Assembly: GCF_009914755.1 (NCBI RefSeq)
Contig: NC_060933.1
Length of the DNA stretch: 64,000 nt
Source: the human T2T-CHM13v2.0 reference genome, Homo sapiens
Strand: one strand, 5' to 3'
Of this stretch, positions 1-13,549 are shown in pieces (the first letter of the stretch is position 1; every line of letters begins with the position of its first letter). The notes under the pieces were generated by a model that was given only the letters and a program-made list of their open reading frames with translations, was not told the DNA's origin and did no database searches. Made by a program: the position numbers and the translations under genes.

Positions 1-445
1 ACAAGAAAGGGTGGGGGATACATTCAGATTGAGTAATTGGAGAGAGTTTAATAAAGAACCTATTTACAGTTGTGTTGTCAAGGTTAAGGGAAACTCACAA
101 GAGATGGTAAACCGTCTCAGAGTGCTTAATGTCTCTGGCCTACAGAGATAACGGGAGGAAGAAGAAAGAGTATCTGTATTATAAATTGGGGTGCCTAAGG
201 GGAGCCAAGACTTTCAGAAGAGGAATGCAGGCAACCTGTAGCAATCCTGCAAGAAGCCCTGTGTCTGGGGAATACATCTCCTGACTTCACTGTTTTCACC
301 CTTTGATGTCCTGCCAGTGACTCCAGTGGTTGAAACCAACCAGAAGCCAGAGGACATGGGAGCCTGTTAATGCCTTTCTTTAAAGACTGTTTTTCCAGAG
401 CACAGAGCAGGGTTGAGAAGGATAGAGGATAGATAAGAAGGAGTA
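1..445. mobile_element. Old MaLR LTR (MLT1-type) fragment
   Basis: Motif 'gaaaccaaccagaagccagaggacatgggagcc' resembles MLT1J-N family consensus as I recall it. Confidence 0.5.
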
Positions 446-984
446 AATGGAAAACGTCACATATTGGTGTTTTTGAGCTTTGAATGGAGAATCTTGATTG
501 CATCTAGGAGGGTCCTGTCAGAAATGGGTATATAATAGACGGTCCAGTGAGCTCTTGCTGCCTTTAATTTAATCATATTCATTTAAAGGAGACTTTTAGA
601 TAGATCTCTTCAGAATGAAATTCCAGTTAGGTGGACCCTTGCTTTTTGTTTCTGTAAGAGCCACATGCAGTGGTTTTCTTTTTTCATTTTCCGCTACATA
701 TGATTTGTTTAGCTTTAATGTTTTTTGTTTTTTTGTTTGTTTCTGTATTGGGCAACCTCTAGTGGTCCTTAGGAAAATCACATTTGAATATGAACCTATA
801 GTCTTATCAAATATTTTGTTTATACATCCTGTTGTCTTCTGACATCATATTTCTGTTATTATATAGTAAGTAAAATGTCAAATGATAAAGATCTTGGGCT
901 TAATTAGAAAGAACACAAGCAAAGATAGTGGACAAATATCTCATTTTAAAATAATTGTCCTAATATTGCTAAGTATAGATAGTT

Positions 985-1610
985 ATGAAAGAGGTTTTTC
1001 TGAAAACACTTAAATGATAAGAAGGAGCCATTCTCATGAAAATGTGGGACTGATATGTTCCAGGTGGAAGGGATAGCAAATGCAGTGGCACTGACTTAAA
1101 TATCAACTTTGTGTTTTTGAGGAATGGAAAGAGGCCATATGTAAGTGTGACTTCAACATAGCAAGGAGGTAGGGTATTAGACATTAACTCTGAGGGGGAG
1201 TCAGGGCTAGATTATAAAAGGTCTTGATCATGGTCAGAAGTTGTGATTTTATTTTATGCACAGTGAAAAGCAACTGGAAGGTGTTAGGGACAGGAATGAC
1301 AAAATTCTGGCCTCTGGGCAGAGGAAGGTTTATAGAGGATGGTCAAGAGGAAAAGAATTCAGTAAACTAGTTTTTACATTAGTTTGTATGAGGAGGACAA
1401 AAGATAATAAGTAGATAAATAGCAGTGAAAAATGGAGAGAAACTGATGGATTTGGGATAGATTTTGAAGGTGGAATCAGAAGGACTTGCTAATGGATTAC
1501 ATGTAATAAGTGAGGGAAAGAGAGGAATTAAGCTTGAGCAACTTGGTGCCATGTTCTAATTTGGAGGAAGACTAAGAAAGGGATAGGTATCAAGAGGTCT
1601 CTTTTTACCA
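985..1610 (-). mobile_element. L2 LINE fragment
   Basis: Purine-rich L2-like motifs, e.g. 'gatggatttgggatagattttgaaggtggaatcagaaggacttgctaatggatt'. Confidence 0.65.
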
Positions 1611-1725
1611 TGTAAGGTTTGGCCAGAAATGTAGCTTAGTTGTTTGTATATGAGTTAAGAACGCATGTTTCTCTTCTAGCTTATTGTATTTACTCTACTT
1701 TTGGTCTCCTTTTATCCTCTTTTAG

Positions 1726-1911
1726 CTTTGGAGGAATTTTTTACATCACTTGTGAAGCAAGAAATGGTGAATATGCCTCGTGGGATATATCACTCTGCAT
1801 TAAAAGGAGGTGCCCGCTCAGACCAAGGAAAGACTGTAGCAGGAATCCCCAATTTTATATTGAAAATGTATGAAACAAACAAGCAACCAGGACTGAAACC
1901 TGGCCTTGCAG
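1726..1911 (+). CDS. FOCAD: Focadhesin internal coding exon (186 nt, phase 1-1): (A)LEEFFTSLVKQEMVNMPRGIYHSALKGGARSDQGKTVAGIPNFILKMYETNKQPGLKPGLA(G)
   Basis: Pyrimidine tract + tttag| acceptor at 1724-1725; G|gtaagg donor at 1912; open frame (ORF 1701..1928) that splices in frame to the next exon; recognised from the concatenated peptide. Confidence 0.93.
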
Positions 1912-1974
1912 GTAAGGGTAGTACATAGTATCAAAAATACAGGTTTTTCATGTAATGATTTAACTTCCACTTCC

Positions 1975-3800
1975 AAGTAGGATATAATGGGCCATGGCAG
2001 GGTGTTGCTGCTGCTACTAACATGTGGATAAATTATAAAAATCATCGCACTTTAAAAGACATCGCAGAACTGTAGAAGCAAAGACAAATAGATGGATTTA
2101 AGTTTCAGAGTCAGCATAACATTTTAGAACTGTTTTCTCCCCACCTTGGGGGATACCCACTCAGCCCAGAGGCATGGCCTGTTGGAAGAAAGAGAAACTA
2201 GAGGAGCTTTTAGTGATTGCCTGGGACTAGGGCGACAAATTAGAGATTTTTCTCACAGGACATTTGCTGAATTTTGAATTTGCACCAAGAGCTAAAGAGC
2301 TAGGCTGAAAGCTTCTGAAAGGCAAAGTGAAATCCCTTTTAGTCTTCTGATGCTTAGGAAACAAAGACGAGCTAGGAGAACGGGCTTGAAAAAACAGCAT
2401 GCAAGAGGTAAAAGCCCAAGAGAGAATGGTGAATTGATACTGAAGATCTGCAACTGCTCTCACCTGGGTGAACTTACTAATTCTGGCCACAGCTGGAATC
2501 TGAGCATTCAGCCTCAACTTTATTGAGAAGCTGGTGAGGAGGTGGAGAAACCAGCAGACATCTTGGCAATCATGTGGAGCAAGAGTGACACAACTCAGAA
2601 CTTGAGTGACCTTGAGCACAAGGCCAATTTCTCTCAAGTTATTTGCGACATTTTGAAGCTTTATGGGATGGAAAGCTAAAGAGCTAAGCTGAAAATTTCT
2701 GAGAGCAGACCTAAATCTCTCATAATTTTTTCAGATTGAGGAGTCAAAGACTCATTAGACTGCCAATTAGTGGGGGGTGTTGTGGGGAGATATACCCTGG
2801 CAAAGGAGTGAACCAGAGCTGGACTCAAATTACAAAAGTTATAATCAGTCCTAACCCAGATCAATTCCTGATTAGGTTGAGGTAATCAGTCCTTCACCCA
2901 GTCTGCCTAACAGAGGAGAGAGGAAAACTACTCTTTGATTGACAATAACACCATTTAGTACTTCTGTGGTTCTTTCATATACTGCACTAGACACAGGACA
3001 AAGGAAGAAGCTGGAAATGAAGGGAATGATTCCTGGAGATAAAGAAGTCACTCTGTTTGGAAAATATCAATTCTAACTGGCCTACATGAAATAACACACT
3101 TTCAAAATATATGACAAAAATGAGTAGAACTAAAAGAGGAAATAGACAAACCCACAATAATAATGGAAACTTTAAAATATCTTTTTCAGTAGCTGGCAGA
3201 GCAAGGAGACAAGAAAATCTATAAGATCACAAAATATCTGAACAATCTATGAACAAACTACTGTATGGACATGTAGAACATTGTACCTTATAGTGATAGA
3301 ATTTATATATCTTTTAACTGTACATGGAAAATTTACCAAAATGACCATACGCTGGACCACAAACTTCAATAAATTTCAAGATATTGAAGTCACTTAGAGT
3401 TTGTCCTCTGATGACAATGGGATTAAGCTAGAAATAAATAACAAAAATGATTACCATGATATCTCCAGTTGGCTGAAAATTGAACAGTATACTTATAAGT
3501 AATGGATGGATCAGAGAAAAGAATCAAAATGGAAATGAGAAGATAGTTTGAAGTGAATGATAATGAAGGTAAGCCATATAACAACCTGTAGGTTGCAGCT
3601 AAAATAGTATTTTTAAACACTGTTTCCCCTCTAGGGAAATTCACACTTTCAATGTATATTTTAGAAAAGAAAGGAAAATAATCAGTATTTAAACTTCCAA
3701 CTCAAGAAGCTTGGAAAAGAACAGCAAATCAAACTTAAAGGATCAGGGAAGAAATAATAAAGATAATAAAACTCAGTGCAATAAAAAACATAAATAAGCT
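1975..3800 (+). mobile_element. Old L1M(E) fragment: 5'UTR-like part plus endonuclease-region remnant of ORF2 (about 3090-3800)
   Basis: 'aaaagaggaaatagacaaacccacaataataatggaaactttaa', 'ctctgatgacaatgggattaagctagaaataaataac' are L1 ORF2 EN-region signatures; assignment of 1975-3000 is less certain. Confidence 0.65.
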
Positions 3801-4167
3801 GGAGGTTCAGCTGAGAGCTTAACTGACCGTTGTGGAAAGGGCAGGGAGAAGAGGGAGAGTGAGTGTATGTGAATACAGGAATGAGGGAAAGCTTGTCCAC
3901 TTTTGAGTATAAACTAAAGGGACCCATGTTATCATGTGTTCATGAAGATTAATATGTGCAAGTATTTCTCTTTAATTGAAATTTTTAAAAAACTTAATAG
4001 AATCTCTAGAACTAAACAGTTCACAAAGTCAAGACTTGCAAATTTGTTCATTTATTTATACTTATACTTATTTACTCATAAGTAAATTGTAAATAATATT
4101 TTACATGTGATCTTAACTAAAAAGCTATGAGTCAATAAGTAATATACTATATTATATTACGTTTATA

Positions 4168-4451
4168 TTTTGAGACAGAGTTTCTCTTGGTTGCCCAGGC
4201 TGGAGTACAGTGGCACAATCTCAGTTCACTGCAACCTCCACTGCTAGTTCAAGTGGTTCTCCTGCTTCAGCCTCCCGAGTAGCTGGGATTTCAGGTGTTC
4301 GCCACCATGCCTGGCTAATTTTTGCGTTTTTAGTAGAGATGGGGTTTCACCATGTTGACCTGGCTGGTCTCAAACTCCTGACCTCAAGTGATCTGCCTAC
4401 CTTGGCCTCCCAAAGTGCTGGGATTACAGGTGTGAGCCACCGTGCCTGTCC
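4168..4451 (-). mobile_element. AluS element
   Basis: Reverse-complement Alu dimer ('cccaaagtgctgggattacaggtgtgagccacc'). Confidence 0.95.
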
Positions 4452-4634
4452 CAATAGTATTTTAAATATTAGCTTTTTAAATCTCTTGTGTTTTTTTATT
4501 CCTTATATATAAATGGTCAAAAATCATAATTTGCTTAACAAGTTAGCTTTTAGTTATAAATATCTCTATCCAGATTGATTATCAGTTACTGAGAATCTAA
4601 TTAGTAAAGTTTTTCCATAAGAAATGTCTTTGTA

Positions 4635-4940
4635 AGCTGGGCGCGGTGGCTCACACCTGTAATCCCAGCGCTTTGGGAGGATGAGGCAGGCGGATCATGA
4701 GGTCAGCAGTTAGAGACCAGCCTGGCCAATATGGTGAAACCCTGTCTCCACTAAACTTAAAAAATTAGCCGGGCATGGTGGCACACGCTTGTAGTCCCAG
4801 CTACTCAGGAGGCTGAGGCAGAAGAATCCCTTGAACCCAGGCGGCGGAGGTTGCAGTGAGCTGAGATTGCACCACTGCACTCCAGCCTGGGCAACAGAGT
4901 GAGATTCTGTCTTAAAAAAATAAAAATAAAAATAAAATAA
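4635..4940 (+). mobile_element. AluS (Sg-like) element
   Basis: Full dimer with A-rich tail; imperfect TSD aaatgtctttgta / aaagtctatata. Confidence 0.95.
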
Positions 4941-4963
4941 AGTCTATATAATTTTTTTTAAAG

Positions 4964-5085
4964 GTGGTATGTTATTTTGCTATGATGTTTCCATGTATCA
5001 GAGTAAAGATGGAAAACCATTGAACAGACTGATGGCCAGCAGAGGGCGAAGTTTCAAGCAGACTTCACTTGCTCTTGTACATGAG
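4964..5085 (+). CDS. FOCAD: Focadhesin internal coding exon (122 nt, phase 1-0): (G)GMLFCYDVSMYQSKDGKPLNRLMASRGRSFKQTSLALVHE
   Basis: tttttttta aag| acceptor, GAG|gtaggt donor, frame-compatible with both neighbours. Confidence 0.93.
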
Positions 5086-6699
5086 GTAGGTTCCCATGTC
5101 CTCTTCTTTATGTTTTAGTGTTTTCTCCCTTCATGATATGTTTAAGAAGTTGTTTGTTTAGAAATAATTTTTTTGATCATAATTAATGTAAGTTGCTTTT
5201 AAAGGCCACCAAAATAGTTGACCCAACTGAATACTCAAATATTTCAATGTATTTCTGAAAGAAACTGCCATGTTTTCCCCCACTGCCCAGCGTATTTATT
5301 AGGGAGTAATGTCTAGGAATTTGCTTTACTTCATCAATGCTTAACTGTCATTATTCAGAATAAATATCAATTTATTGTTTAAAGAAATGCTACTGCCTAT
5401 ATCTTAATTCTAATCCTTTGCAATTATGTAGGGGACCAGTGTTTGTATTTTGTGAGTGTTTGGAATTAAAAGTAAATAAAAGCATTTTAGAAAAATAACC
5501 CTTGGTTTTAATGTTTATTTTACTTTTCCTTTCAGCTACCTTTTAAAAATAAAGTTCTGTGATTCTATTAGATGATTTATATGAAATCTGATTATTGCAG
5601 ATTATGGCAAAACCAGGGGAAGAGGGAAGCTGGAAAGTCCTTGGGAAATGTATTTTTATTGTTTTTAAATATTTTATCACACTTACTCATATGATGTATA
5701 CAAATTAAAATGTATGAATGAATAACAAAACAAAATGTCACAGCAAAGAGATTTATATAGTTCAGACATAGTAGGTTATATATCAGTTATAAGTAAAAAT
5801 ATATGAATTGTAAAGATTTAATGAACTTGATGTAAAAATAATTAGCATTTCTAAAATATCTTTCTATAACATCTTATTTTGATGCCTAATTTATACATTT
5901 GGTTGTAATTAATTTGATTCACTTTTATTCTGTATCACACCAATTGCCACCAGTTTCATAGCACAGCAAAATTCAGAGGGTTTTTCAAGACCCATCTTTG
6001 TCCTTTGCCATCCATTTTCCTTTCATATATTTAGTTAGAATTAAAATTGTGTAAATACTTGTTTCAGAAGCTTTTTTTTGCCTAATATAGTGTCTTCATT
6101 CAACTAAAAAGAGAAGAAGGATCTGGGAAGAGCAACGCTTTTCTAGGAGGAAGGTTTAATTTCAGACATAGGTGATTTCTATGTTTTTTTTGTCCCTGGC
6201 ATCTCATTAGTTGGCATAGAGAAGGGAGAAACGTGGTACCTTTTTGTGTTTTAAGCTGTGCACTTAGATATTTGAAGGAAAACTGAAGTCTAAAGTCTTA
6301 CTGAAAAGCTGATTTATAATAAAAAGTCACCATCAGAACAGAAACAAGAAAAAGCATTAGTGCAGGGGATGGCAGAAGACATCTGATAACTTTTGGCAGT
6401 GGCATCAGAAGTTATGAGGTGTGTCCGAGATATAAGCACAGAAAATCTTTGGGTTAAGATACTTGTTGCTTGTGCTGTAGAGAGTCTAGAAAATTTCAAA
6501 GGGAAAAGAAAATAACATCATTGTTTTAGGGGTCAATTAGAAGGCGTATTGGACAGAATTCTGCCAAATGTATAGTAGGATTTTAGACTGGATTCCATAT
6601 TCTGCTCAGTATATGTAGTTCATTTGCTTAAAACACAAAGGCTGGGGGACCCATGAAGTTTCTCAAACTATGTGACAAGAAATAATATGAACTTTCAGA

Positions 6700-6862
6700 G
6701 CTGGTTAATAAAAATAATTGCAATAATAACAGCTAATAATCGATTTAGATACTTTCAACACTGTGAGGTAGGTGCTGTTAATGTGTCAAGGTCACATAGC
6801 TAACAAGTAGAGGAGCCTGGAAATTGAACCCAGGCAGTGAGGCTCCATAGTCCTTGAACTGT
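6700..6862. mobile_element. MIR fragment
   Basis: 'caaggtcacatagctaacaagtagaggagcctggaaattgaacccaggcagt' MIR core. Confidence 0.7.
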
Positions 6863-7025
6863 CATCTTCTCTCCCAGGTTAATCAGAGAAGATTCTAGAA
6901 ATACATTTGGATTTTTCCAAGATTACTCTAAGCTCTCTTAAATCATCTCCTTGCATCTTGTCTTTCTTTTGTTGCAATCAATTTGGGATTTTTCCAGATG
7001 AAATTTCTTCAAACCCTGCTTTTGA

Positions 7026-7470
<445 letters not shown>

Positions 7471-7884
7471 TGATTAAGACTAAAGTTTCTATAAACATTC
7501 TCATACAGATCCCTGTGTGAACATTCATTTTTCTGTTTCTTTTCAGTAAACAAATACCTAGGAGTGAGAGTGCAACGTCATGTGGTAAATTCATATATAA
7601 CTTTATAGGAAACTATCAAACTGTTTTCCTAGTGGCTGTCTTATTTTGAATGCCCATCTGCAAGGTATGAGAGTTTCAGTTGCTCTGCCTTCTTGTCAGT
7701 GCTTGATATAGTCAATTAAAAAAATTTAGCTATTCTTGTAGATGAGTAGTATTAGTTTCCCTTTGTGGTTTTAATTTGTGTTTCCTTAATAACTAATGAT
7801 GTTGAAGCATCTTTTCATGTGTTTATTTTGTATGTATCTGTTTTCTTCCTGAAGTGTTTGCTCTGATCTTCTGCCCATTTTTAG

Positions 7885-8290
<406 letters not shown>

Positions 8291-8439
8291 TTCATTTTTT
8301 TATAATGTATTTTGAAGAGTGGACTTTTCATTTTGAAGAATTTCAACTTACCAAATTTTACAAAATGGTTCTTGCTTTTTGTTTAATCCGAGATTACAAA
8401 AATTTTTCATTTTCTTTTTTCCTGTGTTTTATTTTTATT

Positions 8440-9243
8440 CTTTTAAATTACTTTTAGAAATTGAGGTATGGTATGGTTTGGCTACGTCCCCATGCAAACC
8501 TCATCTTGAAATGTAATGCCTACATGTTGCGGTAGGAACCCAGTGGGAGGTGACTGAATTATGGGGGCGGGTCTTTCCTGCACTGTTCTCATGATAGTGA
8601 ATGAGTCTCATGAGATCTGATGGTTTTAAAAACGTGAGTTTCCCTGCACACCCTCTCTCTTTGCCTACTGCCATCCATTTAAGATGTGACTCGCTCCTCC
8701 TTGCTTTCTGCCATGATTTTGAGGCCTCTGCAGCTATGTAGAACTGTAAGCTTATTAAACCTGTTTCTTGTGCAAATTACCCAGTCTTGGGTATGTCTTT
8801 ATCAGCAGTGTGAAAGTGGACTGATACAAGGTGTGATACATATACCATAAAATTTACTTATTTAAAGTATACAACTCAGTGGTTTTCAGTGTATCCACAG
8901 AGTTGTGTAACCATTCCCACAAACAATTTCAGAACAATTTCATTACCCAGAAAAGAAACTGTGTACCCATTTGTAGTCACTCTTCATTTTCCCTTGTCCT
9001 TAGCTTTCAGCAGCCACTAATCTACTTTCTGCCTCTGTAGATTTGCCTATTCTGGACATTTCATATAAATACCATCGTACAATACATGGTTTTTAATGTC
9101 TGGCTTCTTTCACTTAGTATAATGTTTTCAGGGATTTTCCATGTTGTAGCATGTATTAGTACTTCATTCTTTTTTGTGTGAGAATAATACTTCTCTGCAT
9201 GGATATACCACATTTAATTTATCCATCTTTCAGCTAATGGATC
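8440..9243 (-). mobile_element. L1MB-type 3' end fragment nested in the older L1
   Basis: 'taccataaaatttacttatttaaagtatacaactcagtggttttcagt' and 'ccactaatctactttctgcctctgtagatttgcctattctggacatttcat'. Confidence 0.8.
8469..8828 (+). mobile_element. THE1 (ERVL-MaLR) solo LTR
   Basis: TG...CA termini (tggtatggtttggct ... ggactgataca), about 360 bp, 5-bp TSD aggta/aggtg. Confidence 0.9.
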
Positions 9244-10749
9244 TCCTTCTGTGTTTTCTTATAGAAGTTTTACATTTTAAGGTTTACTTTTTAGCTTAGG
9301 TCCATTTGAGTTAATTTTTGTATAATGTATGTGTTATTTGTTGAAAATACCATCTTTTATTCACTGAATTACCTAGGCACTTCTGCAAAAATCACTTGCC
9401 CATATATGTTTGGGTCTATTTCTGTACTCACTTTTGTTCCATTGAGATCTGTAGATTTGTGCTTTCACCGCAATGACATACATAGCTGAATAACTTTCGC
9501 TTTATAATGTCTTGAAATCAAGTAGTATGAGTCTTCCAACTTTGTTTCATGTTTCAAAAAAAGTTCTGACTATGCTAGATCTCTTGCTTTTCTATATGAA
9601 TTTTAAACCAGTTTTAAGAAACCACAAAAAAGTTTGCTGATTTCAATGGTAAATGCATTGAATTTGTAGGTCAACTTGAGAGAGGACTGACATCTTGGTA
9701 ATAGAGTATCTAGACCCATGAACAAGGTATAATTGTCTATGTTGATTTTTTTTGTATTATAAATCTTGGACATATTTTGTTAAAGTTCATAAGTATTACA
9801 TATCCCTAAGTATTTTGATGCTATTCAAATTGGACTTTTTATTTTAATTTTTTACTGTTTATTGCTAGTTTATAATCATCCAATTGATTTTTTCTATGAC
9901 CTTACTAAACCAACTTATATATTCTTACAGTCTTTTTGTAAATTATTTTTGTTTTTCACTGTAATGTTGTCTATAAATAAAGATGCTTTTAATTTTTGCT
10001 TTTCTGATCTGTATGCCTGTCAATTGTTTTTATTGCTGGACTGCACTATCTAGGGCCATCATTACAGTGTTGAATAGGACTGATGAGAGTTAATATTCTT
10101 GTCTCGTTCACTTAGGGGAAAATATTCAGTGTTTCCCTGTTTAATATGATGTTTATATACAGATTTTGTCGACTTCCTTTGTCAGGTTGAAGAAGTTTCC
10201 TTCTAGTCCTAGATTTCTGAGAGGTTTTTTTTTTTTTTTAATCACAAATAGATGTTAAATTTTGTAAAATGCTTTTTCTGTATCAATTGAGATGATTCAA
10301 CGCTTTTAAAATTTGTTGATGTGATTACTTATTTTGATTGATTTTCTAATGTAAACCAACCTTGCATTCCTGGGATACACTCCGCTTGATCATAGCCTAT
10401 TTATATATTGCTTCATTCTGTGTGCTAAAATTTTGTTAATAAGGATTTTTGCATCTGTGCTCATGAGACATGTTGTTCTGTAGTTTTCTTGTAGTAATTT
10501 TGCCTGGTTGTGTTATCAGGGTAGTTTTGTCCAAATAAAGCAAGTTGTGTAGAGTTCCCCTCTTTTTTATTTCCCGAAATAGTTTGTATAGAATTGTTAT
10601 TAATTTTTCCTTAAATGTTGGGTAGAATTCTCCAGTGAAAGCATCTTGGCATGGAGTTTTCTTTATAGGACTGTTTGTAACTGTGAATTCCATTTATTTA
10701 GTATACATGAGGCTATTTTTTTTAATCTACCTATCTGTGTATCTACCTA

Positions 10750-13239
10750 CAGACACACCTCATTTTGTTGCACTTTGCAGATACTGCATTTTTTACAAAT
10801 TGAAGGTTCGTGGCAGCCCTGTATTGAGCAATTATCTAGGCACCATTTTTCCAATACCATATGCTTACTTCATGTCTCTGTGTCACATTTTGCTAACAAA
10901 ATGTGAAATATTTCTTTTTTATCATCATGTCTGTTGTGATGATCTATGATTAATGATCTTTGAAGTTACGATTGTAATTGTTTTGAGGTATAACAAACTG
11001 TGCCCACATAGCACCATGAACTTCGTAAATGTTGTGTGATTTTTTATTTCTTCACCAACCAGATGTCCCCCCAATTGGGCCTCCCTATTCCCTGAGACAC
11101 AACAATATTGAAATTAGGCCAATTAATAACTACAATGGCCTCTAATTGTTCAAATGAAAGGAAGAGTTACATATCTACCACTTGAAACCAAAAGCTAGAA
11201 ATGATTAAGATTAGCGAGGAAGGCATATTGAAAGCTGAAATAGGCTGAAAGCTAGGCTTCTTGCACCAAACAGCCAATTTTGAATGCAAAGAAAAGGTTC
11301 TTGAAGGAAATTAAATGTGCTACTCCAGTGAACACATGAGTGATAAGAAAGCAAAACAGCCTTATTGCTGATTTAGAGAAACTTTTAGTGGTTTGGATAA
11401 AGGAACGAACCAACCATAACATTCCCTTAAGCCAAAGTCTAATCTAGAGGAAGACTCTAACACTCTTTAATTCTGTGAAGGCTAAGAGAGGTGAGGAAAC
11501 TGCAGAAGAAAAGTTTGAAGGTAGCAGAGGTTGGTTCCTGAGGTGTAAGGAAAGAAGCGATTTTTACAACACCAAAGTGCAAGTTGAAGCAGCAAGTGCT
11601 GATGTAAAAGCTGCAGCAAGTTATCCAGAAGATCTAGCTAGGATCATTGATGAAGATGGCTAAACTAACCAACACATTTTCAATGTAGGTGAAAGAGCTG
11701 TCTATTGGCAGAAGATGCCTTGTAGAAATTTTATAGCTGAAGAGAAGTCAGTGCCTGAAGGACAGGCTGGCTGTCTTGTTAGGGTCTAATGCAGCTGATG
11801 ACTTAAGTTGAAGCCAGTTCAACTTTACTTAAAATTCTGAAAATCTGAGTGCTCTAAAGAATTACGCTGAATCTCTTCTGTGTTCTAGAAATGGGACAAG
11901 GCCTGGATGACAGCATATCTGTTTATACATGGTTTACTGAATATTTTAATCCCACATTAAGAACTACTGCTTAGAAAAAAAAAGATTCCTTTCAAAGTAT
12001 TACTGCTAACTGACAATGCACCTAGTCACCCAATAGGTCTGATGGAGGTGTTCAAGGAGATGGAGTTGTTGTTATGACTGCCAACACAACATCCATTCTG
12101 CAGCCCATGGATCAAGGAGTAATTTTGACTTTCAAGTCTTATTTGAGAAATGCATTTTGTAAGGCTATAGCTGGCATAGATAGTGATTCCTCTGTTGGAT
12201 CTGGGAGAAATAAATTGAAAACCTTCTGGAAAGGATTTACCATGTAGATGTCATTAAGAACATCCGTGATTTATATGAAGAGGTCAAGATATCAATGTTA
12301 ACCAGTATTTATAAGAAATTGATTCCAGCCCTCTTGGATGACCTTGAGGGGTTCAAGATTTCGGTGGAGGAAGTCACTGCAGATGTGGGAGGGGTACCAA
12401 GAGAAGTAGAATTAGAAGTAGAGCCTGAGGATGTGACTGAACTGCTACCGTCATGAGGAGTTGCTTCTTAGGGATGAACAGAGTGGTTTCTTGAGATGGA
12501 ATCTACTCCTGGTGAAGATGCTGTGAACATGTTGAACTGACAATGCAGGATTTACAATATTACATAAACGTACCTGATAATGTGGTATCAATGTTTGAGA
12601 GGATTGATTCCACCTTAGAGAGAAGTTCTATGGATGAAGCTATCAAACAGCATTGCATGATACAGAGAAATCTTTTGTGAAAGGAAACATTAAGCAATGG
12701 AGCAAACTTCATTGTTATCTTAAGAAATTGACACAGCCATCCCAACATTCATCAGCCACCCTAATCAGTTAGCAACCATCAACATCCAGGCAAGACCTTC
12801 CACTCGCAAAAATATTAGGAGTTGCCAAAGATTTATATAATTATTTACATTTTTTAGCAGTCAAATATTTAAAAAAAAATTTTTAGTGATAGGACCTCAC
12901 TATGTTGCCCAGGCTGGAGTGCAGTGACTATCCACAGGTGCAGTTACAGAACACTACAGCCTCCAACTCCTGGGCCCAAGGGATCCTTCCATCTCAGTCT
13001 CTTGAGTAGCTGGGACTACGGGTATGTGCCACCATGCCCAGCAGTAACAAAGTATTTTAAAACTAAGGTATGTACATTGTTTTTTTTAAATACATAATGC
13101 TGTTACATAATAGATTATAGTATAGTGTAAGCATAACTTTTATATCCACTGGGAAACAAAAAAAACTGTATGACTCTCTTTATTGGATTATTAGCTTTAA
13201 TGCATTTGTCTGGGACCAAACCTGTCTGAGGTGTGCCTG
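10750..13239 (+). mobile_element. Near full-length Tigger1 (TcMar/pogo) DNA transposon with disabled transposase
   Basis: TA flanks (10748-49, 13240-41); TIRs cagacacacctc / gaggtgtgcctg; ATG at 11135 (MASNCSNERKS...); CENP-B-like [11 protein letters not shown] (ORF 11475..11663); [10 protein letters not shown] motif near 12000-12030; in-frame stops and frameshifts. Confidence 0.93.
12880..13042 (-). mobile_element. FAM (fossil Alu monomer) inserted within Tigger1
   Basis: Monomer carrying the 7SL-derived 'gagtgcagtgactatccacaggtgc' segment that dimeric Alu lacks. Confidence 0.8.
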
Positions 13240-13549
13240 TACTTCCTGTGTACATATAGTGGGATAGTTTTCCTTTTCCAAAAATGCTACTATTAAATTA
13301 GTGATAAATCTAATGATTGCGGTGGTCTTACTAAGAAATAGGATCTTACTGGCATGTGAATAAGCCCTTATGTACTGTTTGTGTTGTTATTCATTTCTAT
13401 TAATAACAGCCCCTAAAGAATCCATATCCTTACGGGATATTCTATACCCTTCACAATGGCTACAACTACATGAGAGTGAGTGAGCGAGTGAATAAATGGC
13501 TAAAAGAACTTTATTTTGAATTTAGATGTGCTCTGTCCTCATTTGTAAA

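Noticed and set aside
11135-12760. Domesticated Tigger transposase gene (TIGD1-like)
   Set aside because: Multiple in-frame stops and frameshifts; the longest ORF-track piece is 62 aa
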